DNA of 64,000 nt from Callorhinchus milii (Eukaryota). The notes beneath the pieces were generated by a model. The model was given only the letters and a program-made list of their open reading frames with translations, made no database searches and was not told the DNA's origin. Position 1 is the stretch's first letter. Every line of letters begins with the position of its first letter. The position numbers and the translations under genes were made by a program. Below are positions 25,220 through 39,738 of the stretch, piece by piece. The stretch covers positions 130,698,001-130,762,000 of the forward strand of contig NW_024704742.1 in the NCBI RefSeq assembly GCF_018977255.1, written 5' to 3'.

Positions 25220-25525
25220 TGGAGTCCTGTAGCTCAGTGGTGAGAGCACTCGCCTCGCAAGTGGGATATCTGGGTTTGATTCCTGGCTTGGGCAAGTTTC
25301 CTTACTCCATACGACTAATAATAATCCCTCAAGAAAAAAACAATAATAATTTGGTCACTCAATCCACGACTGTTTGTGGGACACTGCTGTGCACAATTGC
25401 TGCCACATTTCTCCCACAGATATACAGTCAATTCACTTTACAGTATATTCTGTAAAGCGCTTTGAGACATCTAGAAGACGTGAAAAACGCTATAACAAAC
25501 GCAAGGATTATGATTATTATTATTA
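25220..25525 (+). mobile_element. Full-length SINE (intron 2)
   Basis: tRNA-like head, tagaa loop tail, (ATT)n, ataaa TSD. Confidence 0.9.
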
Positions 25526-26790
25526 TAAATCCCTTTCCTATCCTATTCCATAAGTTTCCAATGTGTAGTCTCAATTTATGGGGAACAGTAGAGTAGTAAA
25601 GGCGCACTGTTAAACAGATTCAGCTGCAATAGGGCTGACTGACATCTGAAAATTCTGTGAAATTAACCCTGAACCCCAACTATAAAAAATATTCCACAAA
25701 CTATTCAATTTTTCCACTCATTTTTATTAAGAGCCTAGTTAAATGGTTCAGGTCCATAGACCATTAAGGGTCAAAAGAGTTGAGACCAAATGAAGCTCTT
25801 GGGACTGCATTATTAAATATAAAGTCATTCCCCCAACAACACCTTACATTTATATAGTGCTCTTCACATAGGGTAACATCTCAGAGCACTATCAGTATGG
25901 ATGCAGAAATAAACTATACAAAAGAAAGATCATCCGAGAATTTTGCATCACAGACATTTGCCATGACTTACATAAATCTGTTTAAAAACTGCAGCGACGT
26001 TTACTTGGTTTGCCATTTATGGGTTGCATAGAGCATTTCAAAGCTTGCATTAATGAACAGAATACGTTTCACAGTATTGCCTTTAGTGGTAAACCATGTT
26101 AGTTTTCTGGTGCAGTTTGGACAATCCTGGCAATTGTCCAGTCTCTGAAAAATCATCTGGTGAAGCACCAAATGGAAGGGACAGTTTTGTTTTTGGTCGG
26201 CCGGGTGTCTGACACACGTGGAAACCCATCACACGCTTAAGAGTATCCAAACCAAACTGAGAATTCTACGCATCCCACCTACACATGGAAATCCCAGAGA
26301 TAGTTTGTTGGAATGGATTAATTCACTCTCTCCCTAGAGGGACACATCCTGCTTACTTAATTCCAGAAAGTATTAGGTTGGCAGGAGCCAAGGCTTGGGG
26401 ACCCCAGAGTGTATGTTGGGGTACTGCTGGAGTCTAACCAGCTAAAACCACATAGGTTGCCATTGAGAGCACTGTCTGGCAAGCTTTCCCGCTGCTTATC
26501 TAGTTAGGGCAACTCCATAGTTCTCATCAACCTCCTGCATCACACAGATGCACCGTTGGAGGTTCGTCCAGTGGCAGATAATGAGCGTGGAGGGGACAAT
26601 GCAAAATGTTTTAAACTATAAAAACAGCCATGAATTATTTTCGTAATGCAGGTGACAATTGTGAATGAACATGTGAGATTTTTATTTTCCTTCCTGACAG
26701 GAATTGCAGGATTTCTCTGGAGGATTCGTAAAATGCTCGAAGTCACACGTATAAAGTGATCGAAAATGACCACATATAAAATAAACTTAC

Positions 26791-26877
26791 CTCATAAATG
26801 TTGGGATGCCACATTTTTGTCAGAAATCTGAAGGTAGGTGGAGAATATGGATAGTCAATAGGGAACTTCAGGTGAGC
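26791..26877 (-). CDS. UBE2R2: UBE2R2 coding exon 2 (AHLKFPIDYPYSPPTFRFLTKMWHPNIYE)
   Basis: 87 nt, flanked by acceptor ttcctcctag and donor gtaagt; contains the E2 HPN motif; matches the recalled vertebrate UBE2R2 exon 2 length and sequence. Confidence 0.97.
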
Positions 26878-27319
26878 CTAGGAGGAAATTGGAAACGGTA
26901 AATAGTCTTGTGTTAGTTATTTTAATACATATTTTGTAGATGTACAGAACTAAACCTTAATTTCAGCTATAACATGAGATTCAGATAATCGAGAGGGAAG
27001 CTCGATTCCATATCATTGTAATCTCACTAGAAAGTTTTCAGGGCAGTTGAGCACTGAAATATATAATTTTTGTTAAGTTTTCCTATTTCCTAGTTATTAA
27101 TCTAGCTAAAATAAAACAAAAATACACGGAGTGCAAGTGTAAAAGTACCAAGTAAATGCTGGAAGCTGCATGCGTTACACACTTCATTGAAAGGATCTGG
27201 AAAAGCCATGTCCAACGCGGGGGGGGGGGGGGGGGGGAGGGGGTCAGCTTTAGAAATTACAATAAGGTCCTCAAACGGAACGGAATCAAATGGAAGTGCA
27301 CTGTTCCAAGTGAAAGAGA

Positions 27320-27660
27320 GCGAGCGCTCCTGCTTGCCCCTTGCCCGCTCCACTCTATCATCGGTGGCCGCCAATTCACCCTGAAGCTTTGAAACAACAA
27401 CAACAAACAGCACTTGTAAAGCTCCAGAAAGTTGTCCGAGGGTGCTAGACAATCGGGGCTTTTTGACTCTTACCCCCAATCCCTCTGTTACGCCTCCACC
27501 TTCCCCTCTTTTAGATCACTAATGAAGACCTTCCTGTTTGACCGTGCTTACGGCCACCTCCTCCCTCCCCCCAGCTCAGCGTCAGACTCTGCCACTGTTA
27601 AGCGCTCCGAGACTCTGCCTCCCGTGAATAGCACTATATAAATCCAAGTTGTTGTTGTTG
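27320..27660 (+). mobile_element. L2 subfamily B 3' fragment
   Basis: aagaccttcctgtttgaccgtgcttacgg…ccaagttgttgttgttg tail. Confidence 0.75.
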
Positions 27661-29857
27661 ATGCAACCAAACAAAGCCTGCAGCACAAACAAAACACCAG
27701 GATAGAATCCTGGACATGATCAGTCACTACTGGGGTCTTCCTTTAAGCTAGAGGAAGCACAACAATCTGGTCCATAGAGTTTTTAATGGCTGCCACCAAC
27801 ACTGTTCCACATCAGACAGCAGAAGGGAAGCTTACAGTAAGCCAGGTCCCAGGTAGTTCCCAATCCTGTGCTCACAGGATGCCAATCTACATGCACTTTC
27901 CAACAGCAGTGACCAACAGGACACAAGCAGTGGGAGTCCCTGGGACAGACTGCCAGGCTGCCTCGCCAGCCAAGTAATGATCCCCATTGGTTTAGTTACA
28001 CACAAAGCCTAAAATGAAGATACCTGATCTATAGATATTGATTTTGGAAGGCCTGAATCATCAGTGTACACTGATATTCCAGAACAACGGTGGGATTGCT
28101 GGTCAGACTTTTGAATAAGGTATTAGGCAGCACTGTGACATGCTATCTGTGTAAAAGGCGTTGTATAACTACAAGTATTGTTCCTGTTGTCTGATCAAGT
28201 GGACGTTCAAGTTCCTATGATCCTGTTCAACATGAAAAAGACATGTTTCTCCTGATCAACAATCCTTCAGATTAATTGGTCATTCAGATTCACTACCAAT
28301 TGTCCTGATTAATATTTCACTGTATAAACAAATCAGACTCACTTAATGACTAGGTGGGTAAAACTGAGCCATTCAGACTCAGGGAATCCAACATTTCATC
28401 CTTGGTCTGTGCAAACTTGGGCTATAAATGGTCTCAGTGCCTCCGACTCAGGAAGAATAAAGACAAAAAGCCAGATCTTCCATTTCTGATCACAATCCAT
28501 AATCCATGGAAAAATAAACAGGTGCAACAGGATCAGATTCTATTGCAATGTGTTCCGTGGTTAAATAGCAGAACCACAAGTGACGTACAAAGGTTATTAC
28601 TGTCAGCAGGACCTTAGCATCATAATAATCCTTGCATTTGATATAGCTCCTTATCAAGTCATTGAGAAGTCTCAAAGCAGGTTATGTGGGCGAAACGTGG
28701 TGTCAAGCTCTTTGGAGTGGTGGGGGGGGGGGGGGGGAGGGGGCTGGTACAAATACTTTATATTGGGATTAATCCAAATGCAAAATGCAAATGCAAGGAT
28801 TATTTTAATCTATAAAGCAGTTGAGATTCGCTGAAGTTTAGCGACAAAATTTGTAAGTAAAATCATATAATAGCTAGAGGCAATCTTTCAATGAAAGTAC
28901 AGATGTTACTGGAGTGATAGAAGCACTATGTAGGTTATAATTAACCTGGACCTTGAGGAGTCTCAGTATGGACCCAACTACTTAATTAGCAATGACATCT
29001 TAAAAGAGACTATTCAGCCCAGAAGGTCCATCAGTTCCAGTGCCCTCAATGGATTTCATCTACTCTTTCCACAAACCCATCTCTTTTTCTCTCAAGTATT
29101 TATCCAATTTCCTTTAAAATGTTCATGGACCTGATTTCAACAGGCATTTTGTGGCAAGGCATTCCATGTTCTGTAAACCAAAAAAAATCTTTGCATCTCT
29201 TTGTTAAACCAAAAAAATCTTTAAACGTCTTTCGTCTGGAGAAATAAACAAATTTATATAATTTGTTACATTGGAACTATTGGAACTTTTTATTGAATCC
29301 AGCAAAACCATTATTTTGCTTTGATTAGTCACCCCTTAACACGCTCTCCTCTAATGAAAACAACACCAATAATTCAAATCTCTCCACATAGCTAGACCCT
29401 TTCATCCTCCTTGCATGGGAGGAGGTACGCGGGGTCTTCTTGAAGCTAAACTGGCTCCAATGTGACATGCTTAGAATTGTAATGTCAGAATCAGGTCAAT
29501 CTTCCATGGTGGTCTTGGATCCTGAGCCAGTTGAGTTCGCAGTACTCCAGGCACTGCTGATGACAGACCAACCAACTTGACTCATCAGTAGGACTTGGAG
29601 CGGCAGACACTGGTCACTGGGAGTAAGGTTTCTTCCAAGTTAGGTTCTGTTTACCCTCCAAGCCAAAGTCCTAACGGTAGGGTAGACCTAGCTGGACAAG
29701 CAGAAGGAAGCTTGTCAGACAATGCTTTCAATGGAAAGCTATGTGGCTTTAGGTGGTTGAACTCCAGTTGTACCACAACACAAACTGGAATCCCCAACCC
29801 TTGGCTCTTGCCAATCTGTATCTAAGGGAAGAGGGTGCACATTCCATTCCAAACACA

Positions 29858-29912
29858 AATATGTATGTATGTATGTATATATACAAATATGTATGTATGT
29901 ATATATATATAT
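29858..29912. repeat. (TATG)n/(TA)n microsatellite
   Basis: Directly visible. Confidence 0.9.
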
Positions 29913-32900
29913 TTTCTCCTGACCAACAATCCTGCAACATGGCTGTTTGTGGAACATTCATGTGCACAACAATGTCTCACAAACAGATTCGTTCAAGAAC
30001 AAATTAGATAATTTCTGTTAGGAAATAATCTCTCGGGATACATGATATAGTTTGGGGCATGACAGGTCATGCGACTGCCAGGATGCAGGAAGGGGAACTG
30101 GATGGACCTTGGTCTTCTTTTGCCTAGAAAATTCTTATGTTCTTATGCAACTGGCTGGTGCCTTTCACACACAAAATATGCAGTCAATTCACTTTACAGT
30201 ATATCCTATTCTTGCCCAAATGTGCACGTTTCAGTAACAGCCACTAGACGGCGATTAGGAGCAGACATTCTACATTTTCTCCACCAACCAAGTCACAACT
30301 GGGAAGCAGTATGGACCAAGGATTGAAAACTGTCTCTATGGCCTGGTCTCTATCACACAATATGATCACAGCATCTAGAAGACAGTATGTAGATTAAACC
30401 AGTGCACCTCTCACTGTTTACATTTTGGAAGAAGAGTTCTGCATAGCATTGCAGATATTTCCGCAGTAATCCCAGCTCACGTACTAACGAAAGGAAATTT
30501 GAAATGTTGAAGGGCACGACCTGAAGATGGGGAAGGAGGGGGCAAGATTGAGGGAGAGTGTTCCAGAGTTTCGGGGTGGAGTGGCTGAAAGCGCGGCCAC
30601 CAATGGTGGAACGGAGGGCACGAGGGACAAGCAGGAGGCTGGAGCATAGTCTGCGATGTACAGGCTTGCTGACGTTTCACAATGAAACTGGAAGGAAGGC
30701 TATCGGGTACATGGTGTGAAGTTAGCCACTGGGGTAGTTAGTATCTTCATGCCCAGTTACTGCCTATTGGAGAAGGACTTTAGCAATCAAGGGCAGTAGT
30801 GAACGTGACCTGATGCAGCAAGTAGAGAGCCGCCTAGTAACAGCCAAACTGCATTCTCATGCAGGAGGGCAGGCTGCCAGGTTATTTATTACGGTTTTGA
30901 GATCAACATACAGACAAACTGCTGGAACTCCAGCCCAGAGCACCACATCGATCAGCTCGCATAGACAGCCACGTACAGGCTTGCTGACAAGCTCAACAGT
31001 TTTGAGGCAGCCTGAAAATTAACCTCAAAGCAAAAAGATGATTAGCTGGTAGACGCTAAAACTTTTCTTTTCCCATTGTTAAAAACATTTTCCTTAAACT
31101 GAGCATTCATTTTGACAGCACAGAACTTCAGTCTTAGAAATTACTTACTGCTAAATGACAACACTGCCATATTTAAAAACTATACCCGTGCTGTTCAAAG
31201 AAAAAAGACAAAGTCAGTCCCTATTAAAGTTACATGTACGGTAAAACAGTTTCAATAATATCAGGGTTCAACAGGACCATAACTTAAGTTGCCTTTGACT
31301 AGATGATCTGTGCATTTTTGCTGTGCAAATCACCGAGGCATCGAGCTCCAGGGAATGTGTAGGGGAAAAATTATCTTGTATTAGTTCCGAGCTTTTGTAT
31401 TTTGGAAATAGTTGAGTAAAAGCAAGCCACAAGTTGCCCTCAAAATTAAAAACACCAGTCACCACTCCTTCCCTGTCTCTCATCATAGACTCAAAGTTCT
31501 GGAATAAACCCAAGGATGAATGGCCAGCTATAATAATAATGAAACGACAATCTTAACTTCCTACAAAGGTTACCCCACAAAGTGCAAGCAGCTGTTGGAA
31601 GACATTTCCTAGAGTCTGAGTTCATGAACGTGTGTTCACACATTCAGGGCTTGAAATCCACCTCGAGTGGTTCGCAGAGAGGTAAGCAACTGCTGGTCAA
31701 GCTCCGCACCTCCAAATGGTCAAATGACCAACTCAATTATCCTTCGGGGAGAAAAAGAGAGGAGAACAAGCAAAGCTCCTTGGAGATGAACTGGCTCCAA
31801 GGTGTCAATATTTGGTAACGGAATATTAGAATCGAGCCAAACCTCAATGACGGTCTCGCTAGAATGGATGATATAATCTCAGTATAGAGGGTAAATGAAT
31901 ACCGTGGCTGTTTGTACCTGAATCTGAAAGCAAACGGCATCTTTCACAAAGCTTCTTCACTGGCTTGGTGCTTAAATATAGAAGTGCATGCTAACATTTA
32001 TACCATGTAGTGTAATCCTCACGCAAGGAAAACTTCCTTCTGCAGTGTACACACATTTGGTAAGGAGCCAAATGAATTAATTCCTTGCATGTGAAAACAT
32101 TGGGTAGAGTACAAATCACTGAGATTTGACAGCGTGTCACCAGAATGTCAAGAAGTTCTAACTTTCTGAGGTTTGTTTATGAATTGTAAATCATTTATAG
32201 TAATGATGGGTGGGTGCTACGGAATCACACTTCAGCTGTCACAATTCCCAAAAAGACAACTGTTCCACACCTGATGCATTACAGTAAAGCAGACCGAAAA
32301 ATGGTATCACAGTTGTCCACTGAATGATGATCCTCACACATTCTGGCTGATCACATCGTCAAAATGTCTCTTGGCACTTCACGGGATTTTACCATAAAGT
32401 CCAGGGACCTTATTTCTAGGCAGCCATTTTGCACACAGCAATGTCCTACAAACCGCCATTAGTGAAACAGGCTTGAAAAAGTGAAAACTACCCCAGTGGT
32501 TTTATATTTATTTAGTGTCTTAATGTTGAGGGGGGATCTTTTTCTGGGGGTGATGATCGCTTCAAAAAACGAACAGTGATAATAATAAATTGGTCACTTC
32601 AATCCACAACTGTCTGTGGGACACTGCTGTGCGCAATTGGCTGCTGCGTTTCACCCCAAAAAACAGTCACTACGCTACACTCTCCTGTGAAGTGCTTTGA
32701 GATGTCTCAAAGACGTGATAAGGTGCTATAACAAATGCAAGGATTATTATTAGGATTATTTATCTCAAATCGCCTCTCAGAACTGACTGAGAACCAAGCT
32801 GGGGTAGAGGGAGTTAGAAAGATGGGGAGGGGAGAAAAAAGGTTCATGGAGGTGGGCAATTTTGAGGTGAGGGGAAGTCGAGTAAACAAAAGCATTGACG

Positions 32901-33269
32901 TAAGAATGAAAGGACAGTTGACGGTTGAACAGGACACCAAGGTTTCAGGCTCAGTGAAGTGGTGTGCACTGGTGCAGATCGATGCGGTCGTGCCCTCCGT
33001 GAGAAGGAACAACAGTGACTTGCACATGTTATTCACTGTGGTACATTAAATAAAATCCAGCTAGTTAAACATCTGAACACATTCGTAGCTGAGGGAGTTT
33101 CAAAATTAAGTTTACTAAATTTCCAACACTGCAACCAGTAGTTTCAATTAAAAAAAATACAATTTGGCACTTTTTTTAAAAAACACATTTTAATAAAGTG
33201 GTTGCATATTTGTTTTACAGTTGCATTTCACTTTGACAACAAACATCTACTTGCATTCTGAAGTCATCT

Positions 33270-33566
33270 AACGCCCGATCAACCTGTCTGCTCCTTTCGC
33301 TCAGCAGGCTCCAACCCGCCCCACCATCGGCGGTTGGGCCTTCAGCCTCTCTGCCCCAACCCTTTGGAACACAATCCCACATTCCCTTTGCCTTGTTCCC
33401 TCGCCTCCTTCGAGGTACGTCTTAAGACCCTCCTCTTCGACCACCCTCCTGCCCTCCACCGTCCCTGATCCCACCCCCACCATCCTCGCTCAAGTTTAAA
33501 TCCCTGATCATCCAGCACCTTGGGACCTCCTCCTGACTTGAAAGGCGCTATACAAATGTAATTTGG
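33270..33566 (+). mobile_element. L2 subfamily A 3' fragment
   Basis: PTIGGWAFSLSAPTLWNTIP and stem-loop tail. Confidence 0.8.
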
Positions 33567-34399
33567 TACTATATCTTTAAGAGGATTCTTAATATTCTTC
33601 AAATAAGACCGGTTTCTGGCTTAGTTCTTGTTCTGAATAAAAGTGTCAATAGAGAAGCTCATTAAATAGCTATAGAGTTGAAGACACAAGATTAACTACC
33701 ATGGTTTTACTTGTGATTTAATAGTATTGGAAACATGGCCTGCACATTAGAACACAAATAGGTGTTCTACTGGACAGGAAAGCAATTCAGTTTTAATAAG
33801 TTATTGATTCAAACAAATTTTCTTTATCAATAAGTGATGGTTCCACAAGATGATGCGGTTTAGATAAAGAAAGTCCTTCAGCATATTTGATCTCATATTT
33901 TCACAATATCAACCTCTTGTCTTCCTATTACACGCCTAATAATAATTCCTCCAAAACAATAATAAATTGGTCATTTTCAATCCACGACTGTTTGTGGGAC
34001 ACTGCTGTGCGCAATTGGCTGTCGCGTTTTGCCCATAAATATATGGTCAATTCACTTCACATCATATTCTGTGAAGTGCTTTGAGACTTGAAAAGCGCTA
34101 TATCTAATGCAAGGATTATTATTATTACTCTAACAAACTGTTTCAACCAGTCTGGGCTCTTGGCTTCATCAACCCTTCCTGGCAATCTATTCCAGCTGTT
34201 GATTACCCAGTGTGAAATACATCCTACTTCCAAAAGGCCTTAAATTAGCTCAACACAAAAACAAGTTCACTTCAGACTTTAGAGACACAGTCTTCTGTTT
34301 ATTTAAAGCTGTGCAAATTGAGCACTCAGAGGTCTGCGGTTTCTGCTTCTCCAAAAATGTGCTTCAACCCCTATTTAGAACCTGACAAGTGGGTTACTA

Positions 34400-35760
34400 A
34401 TGATGAGAAACGGAGGCTTGGTGGACAGCTGCTGGAAGGTGTTACCCGAGTTTGCGAACACACGTTCCACCTTGATTGGTATTCAGAGAGATAAGGAGCT
34501 GCTGCTCATTCTGCACCACCAATTGCTGGAGCCATCGCTCAATGGGTAATACATATTAGAGCTGTAGGCAGGACAATGGTGCCAATGTTCTCATACATTT
34601 CATGCTGAGCTGTTTTGCCCACCAGGAAGCTCTCAGTGAATTCCTGACTCAAACCTGTGGTTGTCGGATGTCAAATGACCAACTACTGACTATTCTCCAG
34701 TGGAAGGGGTAGTGGGGAAAGGAGAGGTAAGCGAGGTCACCTTGGAGCTCAACTGGTTCCAAGCGGACATGCTTTGCAATGGATTTTTGGAATTAATACT
34801 GTCCTCTGTGGTGGTCTCAATAGTCTAGTGCAAGGGGTCTGCGGTGTTCCAAGGCACTGCTGATGGCAGACCACAACAACAACAAGATTACATTTATTGA
34901 GCGCCTTTCATGTCGGGAGGACGTCCCAGGACGACCGGCCAGCCTGGCTCATCAAAAGGACTTGGAGGGACAGATACTCATCACTGGTGTTAGGGTTTCT
35001 TCACACTCAGCTTTTCTTAACCCTGCAAGCCAAAGTCGTAACAGATAGGGTGGCCCGAGCTGGAGAAGCAGTGGGAAGCTTGCCAGTGCTTTCAAATGGC
35101 AAGCTCTGCGATTTTAGTTGGGTTAAACTCCAGCAGTACCTCAATAGACACTGTGCCTTGTTTTTTGCCAACCTGCACCTCTCCAGAATTAGGTAAGCAG
35201 GTAAGCAGGATGGATCCCGTTGGGGAGAGAGTATGCAACAACAACAAGATTACATTTGTATAGTGCCTTTCACGTCAGGAGGACATCCCAAGGCGCTGGA
35301 CAGTGTACAGCATTTCAGACCCGAGCTGGGGTTGGGAGGGGAAGGGGAATGGCCGATGGCATGGTCGAAGAGGAGGGACTTGAGGCAGCACTTGAAGGAG
35401 GCTAAGGAGGGAGTGAGGTGGAGTGACTGGGGGATGGAATTCCAGAGGTTGGTGACAGAGTGGCTGAAGGCTCTCCCGCCAATGGTGGGGCGAGTGGGCC
35501 GGGGGACATGAAGCAGACCAGAGCCGGTTGAGCGGAGGGAACAGGCTGGTTGGTAGGGGGTTAGGAGGTCGCAGAGGTAGGGTGGAGCGAAGCCATGGAG
35601 GGCTTTGTATGTGAGGACCAGGATCTTGAACGCATTCCATTCCAAACTTGCCAATTTCCATGTGTAGGTGGCATGCACAGAACTCTGCTTAGTTTGCATA
35701 CTCTTAAACATGGTGATGGGTTTCCGCATGTGTCAGATACCCAGCTGACTAAAAAAAATT
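34400..35760 (+). repeat. Longest copy of the unclassified A-tailed repeat, interrupted by L2 pieces (~34875-34935 and 35235-35630)
   Basis: Collinear with 31580-31870, 29430-29858 and the reverse complement of 9903-10390; ends gtcagatacccagctgactaaaaaaaa. Confidence 0.7.
35235..35630 (-). mobile_element. L2 subfamily A 3' fragment
   Basis: FKILVLTYKALHGFAPPYLCDLLTPYQPACSLRS…GGRAFSHSVTNLWNSIP in ORF 35250..35729. Confidence 0.9.
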
Positions 35761-36967
35761 ATACTGGTGTCACAAGACAACAACAACAAAATTACATTTG
35801 TATAGCACCTTTCATGTCGGGAAAATAACCCTAAGGGCCATGTTGTTAATATTTCCACTGTGGATTCCATTCCACATTATACTGGAACAACTGACTGAAG
35901 TGACAACCAAGAACAAGATGATTTTCTAATTATTTCGGCCAGATTTGAACCAAAGTCCCAAAATGTATCCTCTTTACAATAGTCTAATCTTCTTTGTATG
36001 TACTTACATTTATAAAGTAATTGGATTCAACAAGTAACAACACTTGTTTTCAAACGTACACTGAGTATTTCCACCCATTACAACGACCATTAAAAATGTA
36101 ATGCCATTTAAGGATGCACGTTTTGAAGCAGAAGGCAATTGACAAACTTTGTGCAACAGTCAAATTTACAAGAACTTGGATGCAGCTTTGCAATATTTGC
36201 TCACAGATATGAACAAATGGCAAGAGACAGGTTGTGACAACTGGTTTTTAAACCAGCTTTTAATCAAGAAGCTGGAGCATGTTGTGTAAAGATAACTGGA
36301 CACCCAGCATCGCACGTTCACATAGGCTATGAAAACTAAACATGTTGACGCACAATTTGCATTTACTCTAATTGGTTTCTCAGAAATTATCTCTCCTGCA
36401 AATTCCTGTTTGTTCTGAATGTGCTGTTCCTAATCAGTATTCAGCAGAAACCATAAGGAGCACCTATTTCAGAACAAAAAACTCCACTCCCCATGTCAAC
36501 CTAAAGTACCATTCTCAACTCCAGGTCAGTGACTCAAATATTATACCACATTGGTACAAACAATCCAAATCCTCTTTATTCTCCTCCCCCCTCCACGCCC
36601 CAAATTAAATTGAGTTGGTTAAATAAATACGTATCAAGTGCTCCAAGACGCCGTCCAGCGTGAAAGGAGCTGTATAAATGCAAGTTGCTGTTGTCTCCGC
36701 TGCATGAATTGAACAAAAGATCAGTCTCAAGATGTACCACTTTGACCGTGCTTTAGGGTCATCTTTCTCCTGCTGCGTACTTTGGCTTCCACCCCCAGCT
36801 CAGGTGCCCAGACAGCAATGTTAAGTGCTTTGAGATATCCGCCCACTGTGAAAGGTACTATGTAAATGTAAGTTGTATTGTAGAGATACCAAGATAGGTT
36901 TTTCAATTGGGTTCAGGCCAAATAGTGTAAATCACAAAGCCTATATAACTCAGCTCCAGACTTTATA

Positions 36968-37272
36968 GTAGTAATAATAATGATAATAATAATAAACCAT
37001 GCATTTGATATAGCACCTTATCACTTTGTCAAGACGTTTCAAAGCACTTCACAGGATATGCTGTAATGTGTATTTTGTGGGTGAAACGCGTCAGCCAATT
37101 GTGCGTAACAATGTCCCAGAAACAGCCATGAAGTGAGTGACCAATTTTATTTGGGGGTTTGTCGGCTAAATCACCAGGAGAACCCCCCATCTTTTTTTGA
37201 ATAGTGCCATGGGATCTTTAATGTCCACCTGAACAGGCAGACGGGAACTAGTTTTAATGTCTCATCCAAAGA
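36968..37272 (-). mobile_element. Deu-domain-like SINE, 3' part
   Basis: Reverse complement ggatgagacattaaaac…gttcaggtggacattaaagatcccatggcactattc, then shared SINE tail. Confidence 0.75.
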
Positions 37273-38684
37273 ATGTTAAAATGTGCTTTGTTGTTTTTTC
37301 CACGAGCATCAGGTGAACCGTTGAACTATTCTGAAAGTACCCCACGGTGTAAGACTTCTGTTTATCACAATTAGACAAGTGTTCCTGAAAAAAAAAATCA
37401 GGATTGACAAAAACAGCCACTATATGTCAGCTACAGATGATATTTAGGAAATTAAACTCCTGCATCAAATATGGTTCAACAAGCATTTAGTAGACAATTT
37501 TTTTTTGAAAAAAACAGGAGCACACAACTTTGTTACTGATCTGCGAATACAAGTTTTAACTTTCTAAGAGCAAACACTACATTACATCAGGGCATAATAA
37601 TTCTTGCATTTGATACAGAGCCTTATAATGTCATCGAGACATCTCAAAGCGCTTCAGAGTATACAATAAAGTGGAATGATCGACTGTGGGAGAAAGCATA
37701 AGCAGGTTAATCTCAAGGTAAAACTACAAGTCACATCATTCAATTTATATCCTGGTAGAGTTTTCGTTTCAGTGATATCACCCCCCTCCCCCCTTTTCTA
37801 TTTTAATTTTTACAGATCACCTGCAGCTCAGGATTTAACAGAATTGTTAGACAAATTATGAATGATGTAATAGAGATTTCCATCAATCTCAGAAATCAAT
37901 GCAGTTTTGTTATCTTAGATTGTAAGGAAATATTGACATGTGGAGTTTAACCATGCCAGATGAGATGGTTGCAAGAGTTTCTAATCATAAAAGAGGTACT
38001 CAATCAGGGTTAGTATTCAGTCAAACTGAATCCAACCTATAGTGCTGCAAATCCCCATGGATGAAAAGCCTTCAAAAGATCAATTCTGAAGAAAATAGTT
38101 AGGTCCATTTTATCCTTTTGTTTCATCCACAACATACACAGTCAAGCCACTTTACAGTATACTCTCTGAAACACTTTGAGACATGTCAAAGATGTGATAA
38201 GGCGTTACATCAAATGCAAGGACTATTATTATTAAAGAATTCAAGTCAGTGTTACTGAATTTTAATTTCAAACAACTTTGTATGAGTCCAATGTTCCGCT
38301 TATGCTGCGGAGATCAAAAAACTGCGGGGGGGGGGGGGGGGGAGAGGGGAGCAATCCACCATGGATCACCAATCACCCTCCTCCCATTTTGATCCAGCTC
38401 ACCTGAGCTCACAACCACCATCTGCGTCCTTCCCTTTACCCGTGAATCTTATATTTCACACCCACAGGCATGATTTTTGTATAGGAATCTCTCAAGTGAT
38501 ACACTGCAGCAGTTTCCCACTGTTAATTTGGGATACCACCTCAAAAAAAGTCTAAAGACTGCCATTTTCAAAAAAAAATGACATTTGTAAAAGTTGTTTT
38601 TGTGATACTTTCCATTATGTTTTCAGCTTTCAGTAAAGACAAAGAGACAAATCCATCTCTCAACGTGGTGCTGGTTCTGGAAGC

Positions 38685-39030
38685 AACAACAAAACAACAA
38701 AATTACATTTGTATAGCGCCTTTCACATCGGGAGGACATCCCATGGCGCTGGACAGACAGAGTTACGGACCCGAGCTGAGGGTCGGGGTGTGGGAGGGGG
38801 GAGGGCAATGGGGGAAGCAGGGAGATCGAAAGCATGGTCGAAGAGGAGGGTCTTGAGGTGCGCCTTGAAGGTGGCGAGGGAGGTGGCGAGATGGAGGGAC
38901 TGCAGGATGGAGTTCCAGAAGGTGGGTTCAGAGTGGCGGAAGGCCCGCCCGCCAATAACGGGGTGAGCAAGGCGGGAGACATGAAGCAGACTTGACACTG
39001 AGCGGAGGGAGCGAACAGGATGGTGGAGGC
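38685..39030 (-). mobile_element. L2 subfamily A 3' fragment
   Basis: GGRAFRHSEPTFWNSILQSLHLATSLATFKAHLKTLLFDHAF. Confidence 0.88.
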
Positions 39031-39738
39031 ATCGTTACCTCAGTTTACTTTGTAGGGATACCTTTGAATGGAATCATTACATATAAATGAAACCAAAAGT
39101 CAGATCAGTGTGACATCCACACAAAGTTTATATCATATTGAGTGCAGACCATCAAAACAAGTGCCCCTTAATTTAGCAAATGAGCAATAGGGAAAACAAT
39201 TTTGAACTTTGAAGCACTTGAATGTTATTCTCTCTGCACCCACCCCCCCACTCCCAAAAAAAACACAGGGAAGTTCAAAAGAATTGATCCACTTCATATC
39301 AACCTTATTTAGACTGACTAAAGTAGTATTTGCTTCTGGAAAGTACTGTTCACATCTGGAATAGATGCAGATGACTAGGATTCAATAGAACACCACAAAT
39401 TAAATCAGCAGCAATGGATTACAGGCAAAGATTTTATGTGACAACACTATAAACGTCAAGAATGGCCTTTCAATTCACTGAATACTATACTTGTATTAAT
39501 TTATGATATTGTACTGTATTCGTTTTCTGACAACCATTTTAAATGAAGACGATTACTGGGATGAAAGCTTGCAGGACTGAGTAAAGCTGGTTACATTCCC
39601 AGAAGTGAAGTTAAGAGGTGACCTATGAACATTGATTAGACAAACTAGGGCTCTTCACTGTTCAAAGGATACTTTAAAGTAGTATTTTAAAGAGATTTTA
39701 AATGGGATTGAGAAAGTAAACCCAGAAAAATACATTTG

